Of a stretch of DNA of 64,000 bases, positions 30,051-46,459 are shown in pieces. The notes beneath the pieces are model-generated. The model did no database searches. It saw only the letters and a program-made list of their open reading frames with translations, and was not told where the DNA came from. The translations under genes were made by a program, and so were the position numbers. The DNA is from the human T2T-CHM13v2.0 reference genome, Homo sapiens. The stretch lies in NCBI RefSeq assembly GCF_009914755.1, contig NC_060933.1, one strand, 5' to 3'. Every line of letters starts with the position of its first letter. Position 1 is the first letter of the stretch.

Positions 30051-31049
30051 TTATTTTTTATATTATAGCTCATAACTTATTAGCTCCTCCACAGTGGTTG
30101 GTAGAAGATTTCTGCTTAAGTATGTTTTATATGTGTCCTTTAGTGAAGAAAATATTTGTTAAGATATCAACCTAGAATAATATGGAAACCTAAGGTGGCT
30201 TGGAGAAAACAGTGTTTATGTACAGATTACAAAATATTTCGAAAATACAAAGTAGTAGCAATGAATTTTTTAAATTTCCATACCCACAAATTACCCTGTT
30301 AAAATGTTTGTGAATTATCTTCCAGTCTTCATTTGTATAGATTTTTTTTTTTCAGGCAGGGTCTCGCTCTGTCGCCCAGGTTGCAGTGCAGTGGCACAAT
30401 CACACCTCACTGAAGCCTCACCCTCCTGGGCTCAAGCGATCCTCCCAGCCGGAGTAGCTGGGACTACATGTGTACACCACCATGCCTGGCTAATTTTTTA
30501 TTTTTTGTAGAGAGGAGGTCTCTGTGTTGCACAGGCTGGTTTTGAAAGCTGGGCTCAGGCAATCCTCCTCTCTTAACCTCCCAAAGTGTTGGGATTACAG
30601 GCATAAGCCACCACACCTGGATTTTTGTATAGATTTTTAAACATAGTTTGTAAATATTGTTTTGAAATAAACTTTTCCTTTTTGAATAATTTTATTTTAT
30701 AGACAAGTTACCAAGATAGTACAGAGGGTTATTTTATACCTTTTGCTAAGTTTTCACTCTTGTTAATATCCTATATTAGCATTGCAAGGGTGTCAAAATT
30801 AAGAAATTAACATATCTACAACACTGTTACCTAAACTACTGAGTGTATTTGTATTTCACCAACTTTCCCATTAGTGTCCTCCTTCTGTTATAGTATCCTG
30901 TCCAGGATACCGTATTATTCTGAGTTGTCATGTCCTCCCGGTCTTTTCCGGTCTATGGCAGTTTCTAAGTCTTCCATTGCTTTTCATGATCTTGGCAGTC
31001 TTTTTTTGTTTGTTTGTTCTTGTTTTTGTTTTTGTTTTTGTTTTCTTGA

Positions 31050-31178
<129 letters not shown>

Positions 31179-32472
31179 TAGAATGTCCCCTAATCTGAAT
31201 TGGTCTGATGTTTTCCTCATGGTTACACTGGTGATGTGGGATTTCGGAAAGAATACCCCAAAAGTAAAGTGTCTTTCTGGTCACGTCGTATCAGCTATAT
31301 GATATGAACATGACACCACGCGTAATGTGAACCTTCATCACGATTTTGGTGATGTCTGTTAGGTTTCTCCACTATAAAGTTACTATTTTTCTCTTTCCCT
31401 ACTTAGTCTTTGGAAACAGTCGCTAAGTCTAGCCTACTCCCGGGGGGGTCAGGGGCACCCAGAAATGAAGCTTCACCTCCTAGAGAGGGGAATATCTCTC
31501 TATATATATACTTTGGAATTCTTCTATATAAAAGATTTGTTTCTTCCCCCTTATTTATAAATATTGTTTTTAGTGACTGAATTACTGGCTATACTATAGT
31601 TTAGCTAAATAGTCTTCAAATGTTGCACATTTATGTGGTATACAATTTTTTACTTAGAGAGTTTTGTATTAATAATTTATAATCATATGATGGGTTTTTT
31701 AAATTTCCATTTTTTATCTGTAGTGTTTTAAACACATTCCTTGCTCCAAGGAACATATATTTATAATTTCAAAAAATCAGTACCTCTTGAGCATAGGCCT
31801 GCATATTTTATTTGACTGAGAACTCTTTTATCTCCAAGATTTTAAACTTGGAGCTTTCTGCTGTGATCGTAATCCAGGCAACTCTCCAGCACTGTTCTAT
31901 CCATTGAACCTCTTTTTCTCAGTTAACTTGACTTTAGTCATTTTTGCATCCCACTTCACTCAGCATATCCCACTTTCCAGCCTCACATGATGCCTATGAC
32001 AACAGTCTTCACATTTTTTTTGCTGCTATAGTTCCCCCTGCCAAACATTTTAAGTTGAAATATAACATTTTTTCAACATTTTAATCATTCCAAAAGATGC
32101 GGTTTCTAGCACATTAGAGATACTTTAAAATAAAAATGTTACATGAAGTGTAGTATAAATACCCACAGTGATTTCATAGCCACTATTATTCATTTTCAGA
32201 AAAACGTGAATAAATACATCTTTATTCTAAGGAATAAAGAATTCTTGTTCTTTAATAAAAATTTATTAGCATTTAAATTTTTCCATATTTGCTTATTCTC
32301 CTTGAACTCTAATTTCCATTCTACTTGTCCTGTAGAATTTTGTTGTAATCCAATACATTTTATATTTGAAAGTACTTTAGGGCCAGGTGTGGTGGCTCAT
32401 ACCTATAATCCCAGCACTTTGGGAGGCCAAGATGGGCAGATCACCTGAGGTCAGGAGTTTGAGACTAGCCTA

Positions 32473-32703
<231 letters not shown>

Positions 32704-35700
32704 CTATAACAGTAATATGTATATAAATTGAAATTATCAAGTGCACTTTTTTCTTGTGATTATAAGACATAGATTTTTTCCTCAGATTGTTTTTCATTAA
32801 AATTAGTCATATATAGTTGACCAAATCAACATATATTACACATTTTAATACATTATTCATTATGAAAATTATATTGGAAATGTTTCTCTTAAGCAGATGA
32901 GTCATGATCAAATTTTTTCTAAGTATAATATTTAATGAAAGTGAAAGGCATAGATAGTAAATACTACTCAGTCTGGCAGTTGCTAGATATTTTAATTTTT
33001 TCTTACTAGGAGGTAAAATTTTTTAACATTTTTTTTTTTTTAGAGATAAGGTCTTGTTATGTTTCCCAGGCTGGATTCAAACTCCTGGGCTGAAATTATC
33101 CTCTCGTGTCAGCCAGGATTACAGGCACGCACCACTGCCTAGCTTAAACATTTTATAAGATAAAGAAAACTAGAAAAAAAATTACGTGATGATAGGTTCT
33201 TGAAATACAGTTGGCTCTCTATCAGCAGTTTCTACATTCGTGGATTCGACCAATCCCAACCCTGATGGAGAAAACAGTACCTGCATTCTGCATTGGTAGA
33301 ATCCGCGGATGCAGAATCTGGCACCTCCTCACCGCACCCCCTCCATCCCACCTCCCCCTGTGAGTGCTAACTAAGGAACTTGAGTATCCATGGATTATGG
33401 TATCCACGGGGGTTCTGGAACAATCCCCCACAGATAAGGAGGGCCAACTGTGTGTTATTGAATAACACGTTCAATTTAAGAGAATCACTTAAATTTTTAC
33501 CCTGGATTTTAATCAGTGTATCTGGAAATATTTAGTATTCATGGGAAACTTTACAGTTACATTTTAAGAATCAAGTTTAACCAGTTTATACCACTTCATC
33601 TGTGCAAAGATGATTTATTTACCAGCTCTAATGACAAATCTTAGAGATGAGTAGTGAGAATATCTAAAAAGAATTGGCAGGGCACGGTGGCACGTGCGGT
33701 AGTCTCAGCAACTCAGGAGCCTGAAGTGGGAAAATCACTTGAGCCCACCATCACTTGAATTCGAGGTTACAGTGAGCTATGATCACCACTGTACCGCAGC
33801 CTGGGTGACTGAGCAAGACCCTGTTTCAAAACAAACAAAATTGTTTGTTTGAAGGGAGACTGAGAAACACTTTAATGTTCTATATTTCTTATCAATGCTA
33901 CGTTTGTTTTGCTCCTGTGGGAGTCTTTCTCGCTCTTTTTATACAATTCAAAAGATAGAAGAGGCAGAACTGGGCCATTTCTGCTTTCTCTTTCCTAGGC
34001 CACAAGTGTTGCTAAAGAATGCAGCAAAATCATGTAGGTCCCTTAAGTTAAAATTCATATTAATGTGGCAAGTTTGAATCATATTTCACAAAAGCAGCTA
34101 TATAAGAAACATTTTATCTATTATGACAAATAACTCTGACTTTAACACTATTGACTAGCAGGAAATTCAGTCTCACTATAGGGTTTCCTTCCTCCTCCTA
34201 GAAGTTCACAAGAAGTAGGCTGATGTGCTGCGCTGGGTACATATGAAAGCTTCCTCATCTTCAGACCATCCTGATTGGATGATCCCTTGCATGTCTTGGT
34301 AGCCCTACAGATAGCAAAAAAAAATGTAGAGAATCAGAAAGATTAATATGGCTCAATAAAGTATCTTACCACTTTTCCACTGAACTCGTAAGATCACTCA
34401 ACTGGTCCTTCATTAAATTTTGTTTCCTCTCCATTGTATAACCCATTATGACTCTTTCAAGTCATGTCAATACTACTCAAGTTCACACTTAACCTTGAAT
34501 CATCCTCAGTCTTAGCAGATAACCTTTTCCCCACAGAGAAGATCTGCCATCAAGCTCTTCTCAAAGTAGTACCTGTCTTTCTTTGTCCCTGCTACCTTGA
34601 CGGAAAAGTAAAGAATTTCCCTCATACCATCCAAAGTTAATTCTTTCTATTTTGGGGAGTGGGGGAAAGGCAATGCCCTGTATTGCGGAGGATCGTGTAT
34701 TTACTATACCTTCGTTTTCACAATACAAACTCAAGGAAATAGAATTCTGAAAAAAAACTTCACTGTGGGTGTATGAAGAGAAGAAAATGAAGCGTTGTAG
34801 GGGCCATGTGTTAGAAAAAAGGCCGAGTAAACACTGCAAATATTGTATTTCTCTCACTGCTGGTCCTTTTCTCGATACCTTCATAATATCTATAAACAAA
34901 GCAGATTTTCCTTGCCTTAAACAAAAACTTTCTCTTGAACGTACGGTGAATAGATCTGTGTTTTTTCACTTTTTATTTTGAAATAATTATAGATTCACAG
35001 AAAGATGCAAAAATAATCAGAAAGGTCCTTTGAACCCTTCACTCATATCCTCCAATGGTTATATCTGAATTATAGTATAATGACAAAATCAGGAAATTGA
35101 TCTTGGACGATGTGTATGTATAATTATCTGTCACTTATGACACGTTGTAGATTCCTGCCACCACAATCAAGATACAGAACTATTCCACCACCATGAAGAC
35201 CCCTAGTGCTATCACTTTAGAGTCATTTTCTCCTCCTCCCAATTCCTAACCCTTGGCAATCACTAATCATTTCTCCATCCCTATAATTTCATCATTTTGA
35301 GAATATTATATATATTAAATCATACAGTATGTGGCCTTTTGAGATTGGCTCTCATCACTCATCTTAAAGCTCTTAAAACCTATCCAAGTTTTTCTGTGTA
35401 TCAATAGTTCATTGTTTTTTATTTCTGAGTAGGATTCCATGGCATGAATGTATACAATTTGTGGAACCATCCACCTATTGAAGGACATCGTGGTTGTTTC
35501 CAGATTTCCCCTATTACAAACAAAGCTTCGATGAACATTTATGTATAGTTTTTGTGTAGATGTAAGTTTTTATTTCTCTGGGTTAAATGGCCAGAAGTAT
35601 CATTACTGGGGTGTATGGTAGTTGCACACTTAGTTTTTTAAACTGCCAAACTATTTTCTAGAGTGGCTAAGCCATTTTACATTCTCTCCAACGATGTATG

Positions 35701-35986
35701 AGAAATGTAGTTTTTCCTCATCTTCACCAGAATTCGGTATCGTCATTATTTTTTCTTTACACTATTCTAACAGCGTGGTCTTAATTTGCATTACCCAAAT
35801 GGTTAGTGATATTAAATATCTTTTCATGTGCTTATTTGTGAACTGTACATCTTCTGATGAAATGTCTCTTCATGTCCTTTGTTAGTTTCCTAACTGGAGT
35901 GTTTTTTTACTGTTGAGTTTCAAGCATTCTTTTTTGTTTTTGCCACAAGTTGTGTTTTATTTTCATTATTCATACAAATAATTTTC

Positions 35987-36271
<285 letters not shown>

Positions 36272-36481
36272 ACAAATAATTTTCTATAATATCCTGGGGC
36301 AAGCCAGAGAATTTGGCAGTCCCATTGCGGGTCCCCTCGGAGACTCACAGGTCGGTGGCATGGTTCGGAGAGCCCAGGTTCACAGCGCAGCTTGTGGGGC
36401 ATGTCCACCTTGCAGGTGGCTGTTCCTCCACATCTCAAGTCGGGGCTCACAGATGACAGTCATAGAGAATCCTCGAGGCTC

Positions 36482-36613
36482 TCAGGAAATTTCACTCCAC
36501 TTCTCCTGCTCTGTGGTCTCTTTGGTCATCAGAGTGTTCTTCTGCATCTCTGTGGCCTTCAGCTTGGCCTTATCCAAGCTGGCAATTTCTTCCAGGTCTA
36601 GTTTGTGTGCCAT
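36482..36613 (-). CDS. Open 43-aa beta-thymosin-like ORF of the retrocopy (expression unknown)
   Basis: MAHKLDLEEIASLDKAKLKATEMQKNTLMTKETTEQEKWSEIS*; 33 identities to recalled 44-aa TMSB10, with one in-frame codon deletion; strong Kozak aaaATGG. Confidence 0.45.
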   Translation of the reverse strand: MAHKLDLEEIASLDKAKLKATEMQKNTLMTKETTEQEKWSEIS

Positions 36614-36621
36614 TTTCTTAC

Positions 36622-37130
36622 CCACTTTCCCATTTGCCCTGAGAATACTCTCCAGCGGGGCTTGTGGCTGCAGCGTTTACCCACAACTTTGCCACAAAAT
36701 ATCTCACTTTTATTACTATTTTCACGTGGTTCTAGAATATTGACTTTGGAAACAAAAGACATCACTCTGTTCATAGCATTTTGTTTTTAGTAGTGCTATT
36801 TCCATTTGCAAAATATAGTGATTCTCAATCACTGAAAATGCCAGATCCTAGAAAACATAGCATTCCTACATGGGATGTGAACATCGTTCTCAAACAGTTG
36901 TTGCCCGAAGATTGATTTGACAAATCCGGTTTTTCCGAAATAGATGATTCTGATGATTCAGCCTATTTTTATGTTAGTTCTGTTTAGAAATAACTTCAGG
37001 AACGGTTTTTATATTTTATTTTCACATCAAAAGTCAGTCAGATTTGCTTCAGCCTCAAAGAGCCTGTTTCTGTAAAATTAAATGAGCACTGGCAGTGAGC
37101 TGCCCTTTTTTGTTCTAAACAGGAAAAGGG
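36622..37130 (+). mobile_element. MER75 non-autonomous piggyBac element
   Basis: Termini ccactttccc.../...ggaaaaggg; degenerate TTAA targets (ttac / ctaa); carries a PGBD4-like N-terminal remnant MPDPRKHSIPTWDVNIVLKQLLPED* from 36838. Confidence 0.88.
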
Positions 37131-37686
37131 CTAAAGCAATCCATGGCATCCTGTTCCAACCCTGGGTTCCTGGTGCTCCCACTCATGTTGCTGTGGCAGG
37201 CGACCCAGTTTCAAGCATTCCTTATATATTCTAGATAAGAGTTCTTTGTCACACACGTGATTTGCAAGTATTTTCTCCATATGTGTAACTTGTCTTTTTG
37301 TCTTCCCTATAGGTCTTTCACAGACTAAAAGTTTTACATTTTGATGAAGTCCAACTTATCAGGTTTTTTTCTTTGATGGATTATCCTTTTGTTTTCATGT
37401 CTGAGAACTCTTCATTAAGCCCTAGATCCCAAAGATTTTTCTTCTGTTTTCTCTTTAAAACTTTAGCGTTCTATGTCTAATATTTAACCCTGTGATCTAC
37501 TTTGAGTTAATTTTTGTAAGGTTTAAGTGGAGGTTCATTTTTTTGTCTATGGATATCTGAATGCTCTAGCACCTTTGTTGAAAAGACTACTCTTGTTTTC
37601 TTGAATTGCTTTTTCACCTTTGTCAAAAACTTTAGAATAAGCTTGTTTGTATCTGTAAAAGTTTTGCTGGGATTTTTTTCTTTTTT

Positions 37687-37987
37687 AAGAGAGGAGGTCT
37701 CACTATGTTGCCCAGGCTGGAGTGCTTTGGGTACTCACAAGCAAGGGCCCACTACTGATTAGCATGGGAGTTTTGACCTGCTCCATTTCCAACTTTGTTC
37801 AATTCACCACTCTTTTGGCAACCTGGTGGTCCCCCACTCCTGGGAAGTCACCATATTGACCTTGGACTCAATGTGGACACCTGATCACTCAGCATAGTGC
37901 ACTATAGCCTGGAAGTCCTGGGCTCAAGCAGTCCTCTTGCCTCAGCCTCCTGAATAGCTGGAACTACAAGTATACACCGCACCTAGC
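37687..37987 (-). pseudogene. 7SL (RN7SL) RNA processed pseudogene
   Basis: Alu-like ends plus the S-domain (gggagttttgacctgctccatttcc, ggcaacctggtggtcccc, gtcaccatattga); T-tail; flanking tgctgg(g/a)attt duplication; heavily mutated. Confidence 0.9.
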
Positions 37988-38009
37988 CTGCTGGAATTTT
38001 GATAGGTAT

Positions 38010-38160
38010 TTAATTTATAAATATATTATAAATTTAATTATATATACATTTCTATATTACATATTATATAGAATATATAAACATAGAAATATATTATATA
38101 TTTAATTATATATAATTATATATGATATAGAAAAACATATCATATATTTATATATAAATT
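38010..38160. repeat. AT-rich low-complexity tract
   Basis: Degenerate (TA)n sequence. Confidence 0.8.
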
Positions 38161-38873
38161 TGAGGAAAATTTAGGTCTTTACTCGGTTGAGTTTTCTAAC
38201 CCTTGAACACAGTGTATCTGTTAATTTAGTTCTTTCATTTCTTTGATTGGCATTTTGTGGTGTTCAGCCTACAAGTCCCACACATGTTTTGTTAGATTTA
38301 CAACTAAGTATTTTATTTTTTGGAGTGATTGTTTTAATTTCAGTGTTCATTGCTAGATATAGAAATACGGTTGATTTCTTACAGTTTAGCTTGTGTCTGA
38401 GACCTTGTTGAACTGACCAATTAAATTTAGAAGGCTTTTTTTCTTTTTCTTTTCCTGTCTCTATTTTTTGTAGATCTGTTGGGATCTTCTACATAAACAG
38501 TCATATTATCTGTAAATAGGGACAACAAATACACTCTGTGTGATTTCAATATTTTTCAGTTTTCTGAGGGCTTTTCTGGCCCAGGATATGGTCTATCTTG
38601 TAGATGTTACTTGGGTGCTTTAAAAGATTGTATGTTCTGCTTTTTGTTGGATGGAATATTTGATAAATGTCAATTAGATCCTTCTAGGTGATGGTGTTGT
38701 TGAGTTCTTTTTTTTTCTTTTTGTATAAAGATAGGGTCTCACTATATTGACCAGGCTGGTCTCAAACTCCTGAGCTCAAGTGATCCTCCCACCTCGGCCT
38801 CCCAAAGTGCTGGGATTACAAGCACGAGCCACTGCACCTGGCCAGAATTCTTTTTTTTGGGCGGGGGGGGGGG

Positions 38874-39787
<914 letters not shown>

Positions 39788-39960
39788 CTTTTTTTTTGAG
39801 ATGGAGTCTCACTCTGTCACCCAGGCTGGAGGGCAGTCGGCACAGATCTTGGCTTACTGCAACCTCTGCCTCCCAGGTTCAAGCGATTCTCCTGCCTCAG
39901 CCTCCTAAGTAGTTGGGACTACAAGTGTGTGCCACCACGCCTGGCTAATTTTTTGTATTA

Positions 39961-40133
<173 letters not shown>

Positions 40134-40323
40134 CTATGCTTGGTCATTCCTAAGGGCAATAAAAGCTTTCCTCTAGCGTTGAGAAGAGGGTCGGAAAGGT
40201 AAAACCAAAAAAAAAGTGAAAAGAAAAAGGAAGCATTTTTGTTGAAGGCATAGAGCAACTTGTCTGAGATCTATATACTCTGTCTTCTTGAACTCCACTC
40301 TGAAATCTTCTTGGTCTTTGGGA

Positions 40324-40389
40324 CAGGGCAGCACATGTTCTCCTTTAAGAAACCCATATTATGTCTAATTCCTGTCTATTTGGAAACAT
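40324..40389 (-). mobile_element. Degenerate ERV env transmembrane (immunosuppressive-domain-like) remnant
   Basis: Translates MFPNRQELDIIWVS*RRTCAAL, in register with gammaretroviral [20 protein letters not shown]. Confidence 0.5.
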
Positions 40390-41559
40390 TGTCTGTCCCA
40401 TTTTATAAAATTCCTAGGTAAGGCCCTGGCCTTAGACAGGGAACTCCTTTACTATCTTCTGAACCATAGGATGTAGGATTAGTCTTAACTTTTCAGGCCT
40501 CTTAGAAAGCATAACATGAAGAGCCTTTGTGTAGAAGAAAGCAGTCAAAAATTCCCCTTCAGTTTTTAGGTTTTGAACTCAAATCAAGGCCCAGATTTCC
40601 TCCTTATTGAATTAAATTATTTAAAGATGTTTAGGGGCTGGGGAATGGAAATTTGTTGATGAAAATGAACCTTAGGTGATATCAGGGCCTATCCTGAGAG
40701 CAGGCATCAGTTGGTCAAGATAACATATCTGTGTCCAATATGCTAGTAGCAGTTAGTTTTTGCCCCATCAATTTAACACTAGGTACAAGGGAGCAACCTT
40801 GTTTTTGGTGATAATACCCCTATGGAGTTACCCCTATGTTGTCAGATGGTGAGGTAATATTTTGCAATGTTTCATAAGTGTCGTTTGGTGTCAAGAAATG
40901 ATATTTGTGATAAAGAAATCACCAGGTAGGTCTAAAGCAAAAAACGGCTGGGTGCAGTGGCTCGTGCCTGTAATCCCAGCACTTTGGGAGGCCAAGGCAG
41001 GAGGACTTGCATGCCACTGCACTCCAGCCTGGGTGACAAAGTGAGACCTTGTCTCAAAAACAAAAACAAAAACAAAAAAAAAGCAAACACAAAAAGGCTA
41101 GGGGAGGCCGGGTGCAGTGGCTCATGCCTGTAATCCCAGCACTTCGGGAGGCCGAGGCGGGCAGATCACGAGGTCAGGAGATCAAGACCATCCTGGCTAA
41201 TAGGGTGAAACCCCGACTCTACTAAAAAAAATACAAAAAATTAGCAGGGCGTGGTGGTGGGTGCCTGTAGTCCCAGTTACTCGGAAGGCTGAGGCAGGAG
41301 TATGGCATGAACCCAGGAGGCAGAGCTTTCAGTGAGCTGAGATCGTGCCACTGCACTCCAGCCTGGGCGACAGAGTGAGACTCTGTCTCAAAAATAAATA
41401 AATAAATAAATAAAAATAAGGCTTGTGCTTAAGCCCACTAATGTGCTTTTCTTGTAAGATCAGTAAAAGTGAAATTATCTTTGAATACACCTCATCTGTT
41501 TAAAAATCCTTTCCAGGACTGATTTCTTTTGGTTGCAAAAGCTGGCTCCTGCAAGAGTT

Positions 41560-42240
41560 TTCTACAATGAGTTTGTCAAACTGCAAAGTCTGTAGGCACA
41601 ATTCTCCACAAGACTGCCTTTACTTCAGTTAACAGCCACAAGTTTGGGGGTTCCCAGGGCAACTCTCACTTCTGACCAGCTGGCTATAAATTCATGGGTT
41701 CCCACAACCACTCTCAGGTTTGATAATTCACTAAAAAGGTTCACTGAACTCACTGAAGTTGTGTGTGTATTATAATTTTATTACAGCAAAAAGATACAAA
41801 TTAGAATCATCCAAAAGAAGAGATGTATCAGGTGACATCTGGGAGGGATCCAAATGCAGAGCTTCCATCGTCCTCAAGGATGTGTTATCTGCCCAGCATC
41901 AAAGTGTGAAAATAAGGCATGCTGCCAGCCGGGGAAACTCACCCAAGTTTCAGTTCCCAGAGTTTTTATTGAGGTTTCATTACGCAGGCATGATCGATTG
42001 AATCATTGTGTATGTGGTTGAACTGAATCTCCAGCCCCTCTTTCTCAAAGGTCAAGCTGATACCACATGGCTCAAAGCTCCAACCCTCTAATCACATGGT
42101 TGGTCTTTCTGGCAGGGCTAGCCCACATCTGAAGCACTTCACTAACAGAAATTATCAGGTGTGATTTGAGGGGCCCACAATGAATGACAAAGATACTCAG
42201 ATCACTTGGACAACTCTAAGGTTTTAGCAATTAATCTCCC
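41560..42240 (-). mobile_element. MER21-like LTR
   Basis: ctcacttctgaccagctggctataaattcatgggttcccacaacc...caggtttgataattcacta; family name from recall. Confidence 0.65.
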
Positions 42241-42334
42241 AGGGCCAGGAACAGTGGCTCACGTCCATAATCCCATCACTGTGGGAGGCTGAGGTGGGCG
42301 GATTGCTTGAGTCCAGGTGTTTGAGACCAGCTCA

Positions 42335-42763
<429 letters not shown>

Positions 42764-43399
42764 TCAGGAGGCTGAGGCAGGAGAATCACTTGAACCCAGG
42801 AGGTGAAGGCTGCCATGAGCCGAGATCATGCCACTGCACTCCAGCCTGGGCGACAGAGTGAGACTCTGTCTCAAAAAAAAAAAAAAAAAAAGGAAATTAT
42901 TTCCCAGGAGCTGGGGACAAAGACCTGCCAAATTGCCAAATTTTTTATTACATAGTCCCTGAATATTGTTTCCATAGAGGGGAACATGATGGGGGATTTT
43001 GTATTTCTGGATGTCTGACCTGTTGTGTTACTCTAAAAAAAAGTCACTTCGTGGTTGACTCCAATTACCAGGAAAGTATTTATTTATTTTTCTTTCTTTC
43101 CTTTTTTTTTTTTGTCAGAGCGGAAGAACTTGACTACTGATTTATTACACAGAACTAACATAAAAGGAAAATGAAGGCACCTACCTGTAAAGAGAATATA
43201 AACCCAATAGTTAGTTTGATTTTGTGTTTTAGCCAAATTATGAAAAATTATAGCCAAGCATTAGACTTTTACCAAGGAGTGATTAAGGAGACAAAACACA
43301 TTATTAAGGATAAGGACCTTATAGGTATCAAAGTTAATAATCCAAAACTTCAAGGAAACTAGAAAGAAAGAAAATAGCTTGAACAATAACAAACAAAAG

Positions 43400-43740
43400 C
43401 CTGCTGATGCAAGCCTGACGATCTGACTCCAGTCATCTAGGTCTTATTTCATGAGTCTCTGATGGAAGCTGTCTACTTCATGCAGTCATCTTGATCTGAA
43501 AGTCTTGGGTGGAAACTGTCTCCTCATGATCTTGTGGTTTCTGGCCCATTGGGCTTTCTTGTAACTTAAGGATGAGTAAATTTCTTTACTTGAGAGAAAT
43601 GGTTGTAAGCATCAACACCCTAGAGTTTTGTTGTAGTGTTAGATGTTTATAGTAACTTATATAGGTTCTTTTCATCAAGGCTCAAGGGCTATTTTTCTCT
43701 GAGGTCTCTTCCACAAGATGAAAAATATCAGAACATCATC
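43400..43740 (-). mobile_element. ERV1 internal remnant, integrase C-terminus-like
   Basis: Minus strand reads LWKRPQRKIALEP**KEP..., resembling the WKRHQRKTALEPRWKGPY motif of MER4-group internal sequences. Confidence 0.5.
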
Positions 43741-44470
43741 AAAATAGAAGACAGTTGAATGATTTCTTGAGGGGTAACAGAAAATTAATATATAAGCATA
43801 TAGTCAATGATGATCCTGGGAATAGGAGCATAAAGAAATTACATTACCATTTCCTGTTATAACCAAGATGAATGGAGGACACATTATAAATATGAAAGGC
43901 CATATTTCTTATCATGACCACAGCCATCATTCTTTTAAAATCATATTTATTTGAAAATACACCTGTACAGCTGAATAAGTAAATAATTTAGTTTATTGAT
44001 TGATATTAGTTCCATAGAGCCAAATGGATTCCCAAACTCCAATGAGGGCTGCTAGGAAGAAAATAACAGAAGCTACAGCATCAACCAACAAATGTCTATT
44101 ACACATTGTTTGGCTAAATCTCCTTCTCTTTTTTCCATAGCAAGTTTATGACTTTTATTTTTATTATTATTTTTTTTTGAGAGCAACCATAAAAAAAACA
44201 CATAAAATAAAAAATTCAACAAGCAATTACAAATTCTCTTGAAACAAATAAAAATATAGAAATTCTCAGCAAAGAAATAGTGGGTATTTAGAAAGAACCA
44301 AATGGAAATGACAGAAGGAGACTCCAGGGCTTTTTAATTTGTGCCACAAGGTATATTACAGTGGTCCCTGATCGACAAAGACATTGGAACTTAATAACCT
44401 GATACAAAATCTTTTTGGAGACAATTATTGTACCAATCTTTGTACATGAAAAAACTATATTTCTAAGATA

Positions 44471-45482
44471 TGTCAATCAGGGACCAGACAGGAAACAGAA
44501 ACCACATCAGTTTTTTGAACAGGGAAAGTTTAATATAAAGAATTATTAACTAGCAGGAGGTGAGTGAATTCAAAAAGGAGTAAACAAGGACTCTAAAGAA
44601 TCCAGAAGCAGCAAGTGCGGAAAAACAGCGCATCCCTCTAGGCTGAGGAAGAATGAACGATAAAGAGGAGAAAGGGCTCCTCTCAGCAACCACCACCCCA
44701 GGGCTGAGATTCAGACCTCTTCAAAGAAGACATGTTTATTTATTTATTTATTTTTTCAGACTGAGTCTCGCTCTTGTTGCCCAGGCTGGAGGGCGGTGGC
44801 GCGATCTCGGCTCACTACCGCCTCCGCCTCCCAGATTCAAGCGATTCTCCTGCCCCAGCCTCCTGAGTAGCTGGGATTGCGCCACCACGCCCGGCTCATT
44901 TTTGTATTTTTAGTAGAGACGGGGTTTCACAATGTTGGCTAGGCTTGTCTCGAACTCGTGACCTCAGATGATCCGCCCGCTTCGGCCTCCCAGAGTGCTG
45001 GGATTACAGGCGTGAGCCACCGCGCCCCGGCCAGAAAGACGTGTTTACTACAAACACAGCCACACAGCCTGGCAATGGTGAAGATACTTGCTAGAGGGGC
45101 CTATAAAAGTGATTCACCACTGCTGGTGGGGATAGGCAGGCTGGGCCAGTCTGCAGGAAGGGTCAGCTGTTGCCAGAGGATATAGGTAGCTGGACCTGGT
45201 CTAAGGTCGCCTTAAGAAGAGGGACTATACAGACTGAGGGCACAGCTAGAGCTACTTTGTTAGGCTCGTGTATTGAAGATTATAAGAGGGCTGGAGTCCA
45301 ACCGAAAAGTGTCTTTCCGTAGCTGTGGCCATGCAGTGTCACTCTAGCGCCCTCTGTCGATGAACCATAACATTTTATCTGTTGGCAAAAAAACGATTGT
45401 AGGGTTCAGGACTGATCATGAATCAGGGCAAAATAGTGTAGATTTGCAATGGAGCGATGATATTAAATTGGTAACTAGCACA
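44471..45482. mobile_element. LTR41-like old ERVL LTR interrupted by an Alu (44735-45032)
   Basis: Ends tgtcaatcaggg...acagaaaccac and aaattggtaactagcaca; internal tgcagtgtc...agcgccctct block; name from recall. Confidence 0.5.
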
Positions 45483-46034
45483 TAAGCATTCACAATCATG
45501 AAACAATATTAATAATTTTTTTATTCCAAATTTTATTTTATTCCAAATTTTGTTTCCAAATTGATTCCAATTTTTTTTTTTTTTTTAGACGGACTCTTGC
45601 TCTGTCACCCAGGCTGGAGTGCAATGGCGTGATCTCGGCTCACTGCAACCTCCGCCTCCCGAGTTCACGCGATTCTCCTCTGCCTCAGCCTCCTGAGTAG
45701 CTGGGACTACAGGCTCGCCCCACCATGCCCAACTAATTTTTGTATTTTTAGTAGAGACAGGGTTTCACCATGTTGGCCAGGTTGGTGTCAAACTCCTGAC
45801 CATAGGTGATCCTCTCGCCTCAACCTCCCAAAATGTTGGGATTTCAGGCGTGAGCCACCGGGCCTGGCCACACATAATTAAAATTTAGAGAATGTCACAC
45901 ATGCCTAATTATTTCTACTATTTTTCTTTTATAAATTGAGAAACTGACTTTTTGGCCGAACTGGTGGCTATTCCAGTAAATTCAAAGAAAGTTTTGATTT
46001 ATAAGAGAACTTTACAGGCCAGGCATGGTGGCTA

Positions 46035-46459
<425 letters not shown>

